Below are positions 12,045-24,128 of a stretch of DNA of 64,000 nt, piece by piece (positions within the stretch are counted from its first letter, which is position 1; every line of letters begins with the position of its first letter). The stretch is from Callorhinchus milii (taxonomy: Eukaryota), in assembly GCF_018977255.1 (NCBI RefSeq), contig NW_024704743.1, forward strand, positions 12,154,001 to 12,218,000. The letters are read 5' to 3'. The translations under genes and the position numbers were made by a program. The notes below the pieces were generated by a model. That model was not told where the DNA came from. It did not search any database and was given only the letters and a program-made list of their open reading frames with translations.

Positions 12045-12740
12045 AGAAAGATTGGATGGGTTAGAGCTTTTCTCTTTGGAGATGAGATGATTGAGCAGGA
12101 ACTTGATAGAGGTAGAAAGGGTTTGATAAGATGGAGATTAATAGGTTTTTTCTACTTATTGGTGAGATATAAAACAAGTGGGTCAAAATATAAGACTTTC
12201 TTTTGCATTTGGTAGCAGTTGGTACATCTAAAAAGGAGTTTACGAGGAACTCCTTTATGTAGAAGGTAGTGAAAATGTGGAACTCACTGCAGGAAGCTGT
12301 AGTTGAAGCAGGAAAACTAAGAGGCAACTTGATACATGCAAGAAGGAAAGGGAAGGAGTATGGGAGAGGGGATAGAAGGAGGTGTACAAAATTTTAAATG
12401 GGATTGAAAAAGTAAACCCAGATAAATACTTTAGGATTTATTAAGACAGTGCAACAATAGGACATAGTTTTAGAGTTGTAAATGACAATTTCAGGAAGAT
12501 ACCAGGATGTTTTTCTTTACCCAGAGGGTAATCAACAACTTGGGACAGGGTTGCCAGGAAATGTGGTGGAGGCCAGGACACTGGACTTATTTAAAAACAG
12601 CTTGATGCAGTGCTGGGGACGACAGGGTAAGGTACTGGACTGGATGATCAGATGGGCTGTAGGATCTTCTTCTTCCAGACCAATCTTGTGATCTTGTGAG
12701 TGGAGGCATGTGTGGCGTATGTACACTGGCACGGACTAGT
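12045..12740 (+). mobile_element. Decayed CR1 3' fragments
   Basis: Degenerate LELFSLE/ELDRG-like sequence and CR1-type 3' ends. Similar fragments occur at 10780-11310 and 48340-48900 (-). Confidence 0.55.
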
Positions 12741-15242
12741 TTCTTTGATGAATCATCCTCTGTGACTCTATATAACATAGGGTAAATATTTTAGCTACTT
12801 AATATGGACCTAGTAAAAACCTTAACATTCAAAAAAGTTAATCAGAAACAAAAGCAGTCTACATCATAAGAATTACATTTTAAAAATTTGTTCACTCAAT
12901 CCATGACTGTGGAACAATGCTATGCGCAATCAGCTGCCGTGTTTCGCTCAAAAAACACTTTACATTTTGTGAAGTGCTTTGAGATGTTTCAGCATGATAT
13001 ATCAAATGCAAGGAATATTTTTATTAAATGAAGGAGAGACAGAGAAGGATTAGAGAAAGGGAAAGCCGTGAAGTGAATAACCAATTTTATCTTACATTTT
13101 CTATTCCGAGCAGAATAACATCACCCTGTCAGTCTGCCACATAAATAGATAGATAGTGTTCCTCACTGCCATCAGCCCTGCTTATCAGCAAAGCAACATC
13201 TAAATTGGGTTGATTAATATTCCAAGTATGAATGACATTTTGAATGTATACCAGTTTTTATTGATAAGAGAATGTTTGTTTGCTCTGAAGAAATTGCAAA
13301 GCATTTCAAGTGAATTTCCTCACTGATTATTCATTTACATTTGAATATTGCTTGTGTTTGATCTTGCGACTGATCGCATTTGAAGCATCTCTCACAATGA
13401 AGTGTACTTTGAAGTGTTTTTATTATTGTTGGTGCAATCTACGCCAACATATCAAAACAAATAGCAGTGAGATGGATGGAAACATAGGGGTCAAATTTTA
13501 TTTGTTCTGAGTGATTTTAGGTGAATGAAGAATACTGGACAGGAGACTAGGATGCCTTGCTCTGGTTCAAAATAGTGCTGTGGATTTTTGATGAATTCTC
13601 CTGAAGAACATGCAAGCGAGGCCCATATTTCTACTCATCATCCAAAGTATAGCACCTCGATCAACCTATGAATAATTAAATTGAAAACATGAACACATTT
13701 TTTGAACAGAATTGTGTCAGTCTGCCTTAGTTAATGATTCCCTCTCCTGTGGAGAGGTTTTGGGTTCAAGCCCAACATTGGGGCTTGATAAATTAACTAA
13801 CAGTTAGTTAATTAATTAATCAACTAAAGGTCAGTCGATTGGCGGATTGCATTCCGAAGGGTAATAAACACTTCAAATAAAATAATAATTTGGTCACTCA
13901 AATCACGACTGCTTATGGGACACTACTGTGTGTAATTTGCTGCTGTGTTTCGCTCACAAAATACACACTTTATAATATAGTTTGTGACGCGCTTTGATAC
14001 ATCCCAACAATGTGATGCAAGGAATATTATTATTATTAGTAGTAATAGTATTGGGACTTTGAGGTCAAAGCCTAGGCTGACATTCCAGTGTAGTCAACAT
14101 TGGGTGAGTGCTGCAAGAGTTGTACTTCAAGTGAAACATTAAACAGGTTCAGGTGGGCACTACTATGTAAAGAGAGGGGAATTTCTTTTACAAACTATAA
14201 AAAATCTATTTTGAATTATAACGGAGCTGTGCTGGGAAATGTGAGGAAGATGTAACAGTTCATTGTGAACTCAGCTTCTCTGGGAACCAAATCTGCCAGA
14301 TAAAATTGGTCATTTACCTCCGCTGGTTTTATGGGGGGGGGGCTGTTAGGGAAAGGAGGAAGGCAAATGATAGCGTCATGGAGCTTGATGTGGGAGATGA
14401 CATGAGCTGCAAAGTTCTAGATGGTCCGCAGCTTGTGCAGGGAGGAGCTGGGAAGTCCAGGGAGCAGAGCGTTGGAATAATTGATGTGATGATAGTATGA
14501 ATGCCACTGATATGGTGTTGGGTGTGGGGGTAAGTGGGGTGTCTTTGGAGAACAGGCTTCATGGTGACCAAATTGGCAACAGCATCTGCAGGACTTGGGG
14601 CAGTCCTGGAGCAGATACCTTTCCACTCAGATCCTATTCACCTTGCAAGCCAAAGCCTCAACAGGTTGGGTAGTCCTAGCTGGACAAGCAGCAGGAAAGC
14701 TTGCCAGACAGTGCTCAATATAAAACTATGCAGTTTTAGCTGGTTAAACTCCCAACAGTTACCCCAACACACACTCTGGGGTCCTCAAACCTTTGCTCTT
14801 GCCAACCTAATCGGTAAGCAGAATGCGTCCCTTCAGCCATTCCATTCGAGACCAGGGAATTTCCATGTGTAGGTGACATATATACGTGGAACTCAGTTTG
14901 GTTTTGATGGTCTTAGATTTAAGATTTTAGATTTTTTATAGTTTGTAAAAAAAAATTCTCCTCTCTTTATATAGTAATGTCCACCTGAACAGTGGCACCT
15001 CTGTTTAATGCTTCACTTGAAGTACAACTCTTGCAGCACTCACCCAATGTTGACTGCACTGGAATGTCAGCCTAGGGTTTGACCTTAAGGTGAAGGGTTT
15101 CCGCATGAGCCAGACGCTCAGCTGACGGAAAGACAAAACAGACATTGAGGTATGCTGTATCACTCTTTTGCACAGAGTATTTACCGTGTCCTACCAGCAA
15201 ATGTGTATTTTTTAATAATGTGTACATGTGCACTTTATTATA

Positions 15243-15575
15243 AAGGGCGTCCACAAAGTCCTGTTATCCCTACGCTTTTGTTTCTGCAGTGCACCGACAA
15301 ATAACTGAAACATGTGGAAGAATAATGATAATTGTATTTAGAAGTACTTCACTGTATTATTCAGTACAAGTGTTTAACTGTATTTAGGCATCCAGAGAAT
15401 CGGTGTGAGTGAGTACCATCATTTTCATGGCAGATAATGATGCGTTGCCAAGTTCGTTGCGACATCTTCTGTAACGTGATGGAGGTGAAATGTATCTTTG
15501 ACAGCTTGCTTCAGCTCCTCCATAGTCTCATATCACTGTTTTGTAACGGGGTAAGAGGACTTTGTGGACATTCTG
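15243..15575. mobile_element. Tc1/mariner-type MITE
   Basis: 28-bp imperfect TIRs (aagggcgtccacaaagtcctgttatccc versus the reverse complement of ggggtaagaggactttgtggacattctg), flanked on both sides by TA. Confidence 0.75.
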
Positions 15576-17444
15576 TATATGTAATGCTATCGTCAAAGTA
15601 AAATTCTGAAGCTTTAGTAACCATTAAGTGTCTCTGATATTAATTACAATATAAACAATGCAGTCAACGACGAATGTCTAAATTTTCCTTTATTTGAGAC
15701 ATCATGCCACGCTCCAACAATTCGGAGAGGTATATATATACTGGAAACGCAGACACTTCAAAATTGGCAAATTCAATTTGAATATTTTCGTACAGACTTT
15801 GTTCGCACAGTGAATAATATAGTAAAACCATGGTGACTTAGAAATGGAACAACTGCACACAGGAGTTGGTTTTTCTGCTGATTTGAATAATCTCTAGGCA
15901 GCTCATCGCATAATTCAACTGGGTAGTGTGGTTATGGAACACCTGTACAATAAGCACACTATCCAGTTTTCCACAGGTATAACATTTGAAAGAGAAAGAA
16001 TTACGTAACATAGTGTTTATTAGCAATAAAAAAATCCTCCCAAAGATTATGAATCCATGAAGGTCATTGTAGGAGATAACATCCCATAAATAAGCTCTAA
16101 ATGGAATTAACAATGAGGCTGAAACACTGTAACGCACAACATGATCTGTTAGAATATAGAATAAAAATTCACCACAACACAGCATTATATCAAAACGTAA
16201 CAGTGTTGGTCAACCATTATTCAACATGATAAAATACACTTGAGAAATTTACCTGAACCACACCTTTCATTCTCCACTTGGTGAGTGAGTGCCCAACGCT
16301 GGGATGACAGGGAAGTGCTGGATGGAGACTTGCCTACTCTGTCATCTCATTATGTGCTACGTGTAAACCATGGTCAACCACATGTGTACAGACGGTGCCC
16401 TCAATAATGTAATTAAAGAATGAAAAGGATTTATTCATTGAGTAATTTAAAAAGATAATTTTCATGAGCAGAATTAAAGGCACTGAAATGCCCTTTGCAC
16501 ACATGGCGCATAATATTTCCATATGGCACAGAATAAACATCAGTGAAAATCGATCAGCGAGTTAATTCACTCTGCTCATAGTGCAGTCTCTTCAGTCGCA
16601 ATTTACATAAAACCACAAAATCTAAGCACAGAAGAAAGCCATTCGGCCCATTGTGTCCGTGCTGCTCTTTGAAAGAATAATTAATTCAGTCCCATTGAAT
16701 CAACAGTGGTAGAGGCAAGAGAGCTGGCTTCACACCCATTGTCTTGGGTAGTGAGTTACATTACAATGGAGAACAAATGAAAATTACACACAGCAATGTT
16801 CCACAAACAGTCGTGGATTGAGAGACCCTCCCAAAAATGTTCAGGGATTATTACCCCCAGAAAGCGTACTGCAAATTGACTAACAACCAGGTTCCTACTT
16901 ACTGCTAGGTAAACAGAGGAGTGTGGAGTAAGGAAATTTACCTAAGGTTTTGCCCACCTGGGAATCGAACCCGGGTCCTCTCGCTTGCGGGTGTGCTAGC
17001 CACTACTCTCAGGGACTTTTCAGCATTCAGAGATGCTATGCCACATGAAAGGTCCTATATAAACACAGCTTGTTGTTTTTGCTACTCCTGATGGTACAGA
17101 CACGCTTAATAGATCCCCAAGAGTAAACTTCAAAGGTTCAAGATAAGGAGGCATGTTCTCTGCACATGGGGAAGAGACTGCTCTGAAAGAATCATGCCTG
17201 AGATTCACAAAGTGACTTAAATACAAACAAAATGGTGCAACGTGTTTAAATTCAGATCTTAATTCAAATAGCCAGCTATTTTTCATTCAAAAGAATGTAT
17301 CATTTTGCCAGTGTGCACATTCAATAGTAAAATGGTCATATTAAATAGATATCACCCACAAAATATACAATCAATTCACTTTACAGTAGATTCTGTGAAG
17401 CGCATTGAGACGTCTCAAAGACGTGAGGATTATTATCATCACAA

Positions 17445-19319
17445 AGTAAAGAAGGAAAGAAATAAAAGGGGCAAAGAGATTATATGAGAAAAGATTAGAA
17501 CATAACATAAAAGGGAGCCTTCAGGTATTTTGTAAGCAAATCAATATAAAAGGTTAGTCAAAGGTAGGGTGGGGCCAATTAGAGACAAAGAGGAAATCTT
17601 TTTGTCGAGACAGAGGGCAAGACTGACGTACTGACTGAGTACTTTGCATCTGTCTTCACAAAAGAAGAGGATGCAGTCAATGCCACAGTATCGGAAGAGA
17701 GGGTAGAGAAATTGGATAGGATAAGAATAAACAGAGAGGAGGTACTAAAAAGTTTGACGATGCTCAAGATAGATAAGCCACCTGGTCCGGACGGGATGCA
17801 TCCTAGGTTACTGGGGGAGGTAAGAGTGGAAACAGTGGAGGTTCTGGCCACAATCTTTCAATCCTCCTTGGACACTGGGGTGGTGCCAGAGGACTGGAGG
17901 GTTACAAATGTTACTCCCCTGTACAAAAAGGGGCAGAAGGATAAACCTGGGAAGTACAGGCCAGTCATCCTAACATCAGTAGTGGGGAAACTTCTAGAGA
18001 CTACAATCCGGGCCAAAATAAATTTTCGCTTAGAAAAATATGGTTTAATAAAGGACAGCCAACACAGATTTGTTAAAGGCAAATCAAGTCTAACAAATCT
18101 GATTAGAGTTTTTTGATGAAGTAACGGAGAGGGTGGATGAAGGTAGTGCAGTTGATGTAGTTTATATGGATTTTCAAAAACCATTTGATAAGCAAAATAG
18201 AAGCCCATGGTATGAAAGGGGCAGTGAATGCATGGATACTGAACTGGCTGGGAGACAGAAAGCAGAGAGTGGAGGTGAACTGTTGTTTTTCTGACTGGAG
18301 GGAAGTGTGCAGTGGTGTCCCCCAGGGGAGGTTTTGGGATCACTACTCTTTTTGATCTATATAAATGACCTGGACTTGGGCATAGGGAGTACAATTTCCA
18401 AGTTTGCAGGTGATACTAAGCTAGGAAAAGCAGTAAAAGATGAGGAGGATAGTAGCAGACTGCAAGAGGAGTTAGACAGATTGGTAAAATGGGCCGACAC
18501 GTGGCAGATGAAGTTTAATGTGGAGAAATGCAAAGTGATGCATTTTGGGTGGAAGAATGAGGAGAGACAATATCAGCTGATGGTACAATTGTAAAGGGGG
18601 TGAAGGAAGAGAGAGACCTGAGGGTTCATATAAGTAAATCTTTGACGGTGCAGGACAGGTAGATAAAGCTGTTAAAAAAGCATACGGGATACTAGGCTTT
18701 ATAAATAGGGGCATAGAATACAAAAGTCAGGAAGTTATGATGAACCTTTATCAAACGCTGGTTAGGCCTCAGCGAGAGACTGGGTTCAGTTCTGGGCACC
18801 ACACTTTAGGAAGGATGTCAAGGCATTGGAGAGGCTGCAAAGGAGATTTACCAGGATGGTACCAGGGATGAGGGACTTCAGTTATCAGGAGAGGATAGAG
18901 AAGCTAAGATTATTCTCCTTGGAGCAGAGAAGGTTAAGAGGAGACTTAAGAGAAGTTTTCAAAATTATGAGGGGATTCAATAGGGTGAACAAGGAGGAAC
19001 TATTTCCCTGGTGGATGGGTGTCGGTAGCCCGAGGACACCGATTTAAAATAGTTGTTAAAAAAAACAGAGGGGAGGTGAGGAGAAATATTTTCACACAGC
19101 GAGTTGTTCGGATGCATTGGCTGAAAGGGTGGTGGAAGCCAATTCGATAACAACTTTTAAGAGAGAAGTAGATAATTATTTGGGGAGGACAAGTTTGCAG
19201 GGTTTTGGGAGGTGAACGTTTGAGTGGGATTGATTTGGAAGCTCTTTTCAAAGAGCCGGTCCAGAAATGACGGGCCGAATGGCCTCCTTCTGTGCTGCAT
19301 AATTCTTTGATTCTATGAT
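17445..19319 (+). mobile_element. CR1 LINE, 5'-truncated, frameshifted
   Basis: KPPGPDGMHPRLL, PEDWRVTNVTPLYKKG, YRPVILTS and SKFAGDTKL motifs; gattctatgat tail. Confidence 0.93.
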
Positions 19320-20081
19320 CACCAGTGGACTCATTGTATCAATTTCTTTTGTTCATTTAGAAATCCTTAAACCTTATAAATGAGGTATTTAAATAACTGG
19401 TGAGAAATTTTGTAAGAATTTCTATTTCCTTTTTGTGACCAGTGTGAAAGGCTCTATAAAAAAAAGTAGTGTATAATTTTGAATGCATTTGATATATCAT
19501 GTTGTCGAGATGTCTCAAAGCGCTTCCAGGATATACTGCAAAGTGGTGGGACTGTGTGTGGTTTGTGGGCTAACACCGAAGCTAATTTGCGCACAGCGAT
19601 GTCTCACAAACAGCTGTTTGCAATGCAATTTACACTTTTATATATTTAGCACCTTTCACGTCAGGAGGACGTCTCAAAGTGCAATGTTATTGTTTGACAT
19701 AAAATGAGACTAGTGGTGCCCATCTGTTGTCAAGACCTTTATCCATATTCAAATATTTTCTACTGGCACAATTTACTGAAATTCAATGAACATTTCTGAT
19801 AATTTAGTTCATTGATTTTTAAAAAAAAATATATAATGCACACTAGATAGTAACAATTTAAACACATCCATACGCACATAATCATACATGATAAAAACAT
19901 TCAGTCTCAAGTGGCTCTATTCATGTCCACATTCACATTATTGCAAATTCTCTGAAACTTTTAAACCGGGGACATTTAACATGCATATAAACTGATACAA
20001 TCCCGGCAAGCTCGGGAAAAAGTCATCTGTATATCATCATCCTAACGAACGGAAATAAATCATAAATAACAATCATCAATA

Positions 20082-20087
20082 TTTATT
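20082..20087 (-). promoter_or_regulatory. Probable GALNT11 polyadenylation signal
   Basis: AATAAA on the - strand about 280 nt after the stop, followed by the U/GU-rich tgattgttatttatgatttattt. Confidence 0.6.
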
Positions 20088-20366
20088 CTTTTACTGCTTT
20101 TCGCATGTTTAAAGCTGTTCATCTCTTCATGATGTCCATAAAACAATGTTCTAGAGGCTATAATAGAAAAATATTTTGTGATAAAATTACTATCTTAAAT
20201 CATTAAAACCAGACAGTTAAAAACTTTTAACCGACATCCGGTCCTCTATTTAAAGGTAATTGCCATTTTGTTGTTACTTAGAGATGTCTTCAATGGAAAC
20301 ATTTCAATCAAAGCAGCGATTTAGACTAGCTCTTCATAAAACATTGTGGTCGACTCTTTTGTACCA

Positions 20367-20498
20367 TCAGTTCTCTATCTGCCATTGCTGTGAAGCAGAG
20401 CCATCACAAATCGCCACGGCAACATACCCTTTGAGGCTGGAAGGATCTGCCACCTTAAGGCACTGCCCAGCTGATACTTGGTATATGCGATTGTTAAT
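20367..20498 (-). CDS. GALNT11: GALNT11 last coding exon (ricin lectin, third repeat, stop)
   Basis: [46 protein letters not shown]; acceptor tttgttttgcag; 132 nt. Confidence 0.96.
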   Translation of the reverse strand: MNNRIYQVSAGQCLKVADPSSLKGYVAVAICDGSASQQWQIEN

Positions 20499-20564
20499 CT
20501 GCAAAACAAAGGATGTTAACTAGTTAGTGTTTCTTTTCAAACACATTTAGCAAAAGTGAGTTGA

Positions 20565-21179
20565 ACAACAAATTACATGTGCACAGCGTCTTTCACGTCG
20601 GGAGAACTTCCCAAGATGCTGGACAGTCAAGGATGTGCACCCGAGCTGGGGGTGGAGACAAGGGACGGTGGGGTTAGGAGGGCAATCAAAGGCACAGTCG
20701 AAGAGGAAGGCCTTGAGACGGGCCTTAAAGGAGGCAAGTGAGGGAGCGAGTTCCAGAGTGTGAGGGCACAGAGGCTGAAAGCCCGGCCACTGATGATAGG
20801 GCGGGTCGGGCGGGAGACATGGAGCAGGCCGGAGCCTGATGAACGGATGGAGCGAGCAGGTTGGTAGGGAGTCAGTAGGTCAGAGAGGTAGGAGGACGAG
20901 GATCTTGAACTCGATCCTCTGGGGGATGGGGAGCCAGTGGAGTCGGGCGAGGGTGGGAGTGATGGGGTCACGGAGTCTGGTGAATGAGAGTACACGAGCT
21001 GCAGAGTTTTGGATGATCTGCAGCTTGTGAAGGGAAGAGTTGGGAAGGCCGATGAGGAGGGAGTTCTCGTAATCGAGCCTTGAGGTGATGAATATGTGGG
21101 TGAGGGTTTCAGCAGCCTGAGGGGTGAGGCAGTGGTGGAGTCTGGCAGTGTTGCAGAGGTGGTGGTAGGCAGTGCCAGT
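20565..21179 (-). mobile_element. L2 LINE 3' fragment
   Basis: ITSRLDYENSLL...LQIIQNSAARVL...ITPTLARLHWLPIPQRIEFKIL; L2 tail with ttgtt. Confidence 0.9.
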
Positions 21180-21784
21180 CTCTGCAGCTCGTGTACTGTC
21201 CCGCACCAGGCTTCGCGACCACATCACTCCCACCCTCGCTCACCTCCACTGGCTCCCCATCCCCCAGAGGATCGAATTCAAGATCCTCACCCTCACCTAC
21301 AAGGCCATTCACGGCCTTGCTCCCTCCTACCTCTCCGACCTACTATCCCCCTACCTACCTGCCCGTACCCTCCGTTCCTCTGGCTCCGGTCTCCTCCACA
21401 CCCCCCCGCCCCACCATCAGTGGCCGGGCCTTCAGCCTCTCAGCCCCTCGGCTCTGGAACTCCATCGCCCAGTGCCTTTGCCGCCTCCTCCCTTTCCTTC
21501 TTCAAGGCCGGTCTCAAGACCTTTCTCTTTGACCGAGCCTTCAGCTCCCCTCTCGACTCTCTACCCCTTCCTCACTCCCTCCCTTCCTCCTGACCATTTC
21601 CCCCTCCTCGCTCCCTCCCTTCCCTCCCCTCCCCCTGACCATTTCCCCCCTCCTCGCTCCCTCCCTTCCCTCCCCTCACCCTGACCATTTCCCCCCTGCT
21701 CGGGTCCTGACCCAACTGTACAGCCCCCTGGGATGTCCTCCCGACGTGAAAGGCGCTCTATAAATGGAATCTTGTTGTTGTTGT
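21180..21784 (+). mobile_element. Young L2 LINE 3' fragment
   Basis: SAARVLSRTRLRDHITPTLAHLHWLPIPQRIEFKIL, a pyrimidine-rich tandem unit in the 3'UTR, and a (TTG)n tail. Confidence 0.93.
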
Positions 21785-24128
21785 AAACTATAGACCACCA
21801 AATAGTGGGAAAGAAAAGACAAGCAAATCTGCAAGCCGATTTCAGAAAGATGCAAAACCAATAGAATAGTGATAATGGGGGACTTTAATTATCCTAACAT
21901 AGACTGGCAAAATAACAGTGTAAAGGGCCAGGAGGGGGAAGGATTCTTGAAATGTGTGCAGGATTCTGGATCAATAAATTTCCAGCCCAACGAGGAAGGA
22001 AGCAATGCTGGATCTAGTTCTGGGGAATGAAGTGGGGCAAGTGGAGCAGGTTTCAGTAGGACAGCATCTGGACAACAGTGATCACAACATCATTAGGTTT
22101 AGAGTACTTATGGAAAGGGACAAGGAGCAATCAAAGGTGAAGTTATTCAACTGGAAGAGGGCTATTTTCAGTGAGTTAAAACCAGTGAGACCTGGCCAAG
22201 GTGGACTGGAAAGAAAGATTGGCAGGTAAAACAGCTAATGAGCAATGGGAAGCCCTCAAGGAGGAGATAGTTTGGGGAAAGAACAAATACATTCCCACAA
22301 ATGGGAAACGTAGGGCATCCAAACCTCCCTGTATGAATAAGGAAATTGGGATTAAAATAAAACAGAAAAAGGAGGCTTATGATAAATGTCAAGTCCAAAA
22401 TACCAGAAGATAATTAAATAGAATATAGAAAGTACAGAGGAGAACTGAAAAAGGAAATAAGAGGGGCAAAGAGACTATTTGAGAAAAATTATCGGGTAAC
22501 ATAAAAGGTATTTTATAATAATATAAACAATAAAAGGTTAGTCAAAGTTAGGGTGGGGCCAATTAGGGACCAAAGAGGAAATCTTTTTGTCGAAGCAGAG
22601 GGCATGGTTGACGTACTGAATGAATACTTTGCATCTGTCTTCACAAAAGAAGAGGATGCAGCATATGCGACAGCATCAGAGGAGAGGGTAGAGAAATTGG
22701 ATAAAATAGGAATAAACCGAGAGGAGGTACTAAAAAGGTTGTCGGTGCTCAAGATAGATAAGTTACCTGGTCCTGGGAACTACAGGCTAGTCAGCCTAAC
22801 ATCAGTAGTGGAAAAATGTCTAGAGACTATAATCCAGGACAAAACAAATTTTCACTTAAAAAAATATGGGTTAAGAAAGGACAGCCAACACAGATTTGTT
22901 AAAGGCAAATCAAGTCTAACAAACCTGACAAGAGTTTTTTGATGAAGTAACGGAGAGGGTGGATGAAGGTAGTGCAGTTAATGTCGTTTTCAAAAGGCAT
23001 TTCGTAAAGTGCCACACAAGAGACTTGTAAGCAAGATAGAAGCCCACGGTTTTAAAGGGACAGTGGCAGCATGGATACAGAACTGGCTGGGAGACAGAAA
23101 GCAGAGAGTGGTAGTAAACAGTTGTTTTTCTAACTGGAGGGAAGTGTGCAGTGTTGTCCCCTAGGGGAGATTTTGGGACCACTGCTCTTTTTCATCTATA
23201 TAAATGAACTGGACTTGGGTATAGGGAGCACAAGTTCTAAACTCGGAAAAGTAGTAAACAGTGAGGAGGATAGTAGCAGACTGCAAATGACATAGACAGA
23301 TTGGTAAAATGGGCAGATACGTGGCAGATGAAGTTTAATGTGGAGAAATGTGAAGTGATGCATTTTGGGCGGAAGAATGAGGAGAGGCAATATAAGCTGA
23401 TGGTACAATCTTAAAGGGGGTGAAGGGACAGAGACCTGGGGGTTCATATAAGTAAATCTTTGAAGGTGGCAGGACAGGTAGATAAAGCTATTAAAAAAGC
23501 ATATGGGATACTAGGCTTTATAAATAGGGGCATAGAATACAAAAGTCAGAAGGTTATGATGAACATTTATAAAACACTGGTTAGGCCTCAGCTAGAGACT
23601 GGGTTCAGTTCTGGGCAACACATTTTAGGAAGGATGTCAAGGCATTGGAGAGGCTGCAAAGAAGATTTGCCAGGATGGTACCAAGAAAGAGAGACTTCAG
23701 TTATCAGGAGAGACTACAGAAGTTAGGATATTCTCCTTGGAGCAGAGAAGGTTAAGAGGAGACTTAATAGAAGTTTTCAAAATTATGAGGGGATTTGAGG
23801 GTAAACAAGGCAAAACTATTTCCACTGGTGGTGGGTCAGTAACCCGAGGACACTGATTTAAAATAGTTGTTAAAAGAAACAGAGGAGAATTTTTTTCACA
23901 CAGTGAGTTGTTCGGATCTGGAATGCATTGCCTGAAAGGGTGGTGGAAGCCGATGCAATAACAACTTTTAAGAGAGAAGTAGATAATTATTTGGGGAGGG
24001 CAAGTTTGCAGGGCTATGGGGAGAAAGCAGGGGAGTGGGATTGAATTGGATAGCTCTTTTCAAAGAGCCGGCACAGACACGACGGGCTGAATGGCCTCCT
24101 TCTGTGCTGTATAATTCTATGATTCTGT
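21785..24128 (+). mobile_element. CR1 LINE covering part of the endonuclease, RT and tail
   Basis: Endonuclease motifs YRPP, MGDFNYPNIDW and SDHNII, then RT similar to the 17.4-19.3 kb copy; tail attctatgattct. Confidence 0.93.

Noticed and set aside
20565..21784. Single twin-primed (5'-inverted) L2 insertion
   Set aside because: Both halves carry their own 3' tail, overlap the same consensus region and differ in sequence, indicating two insertions.
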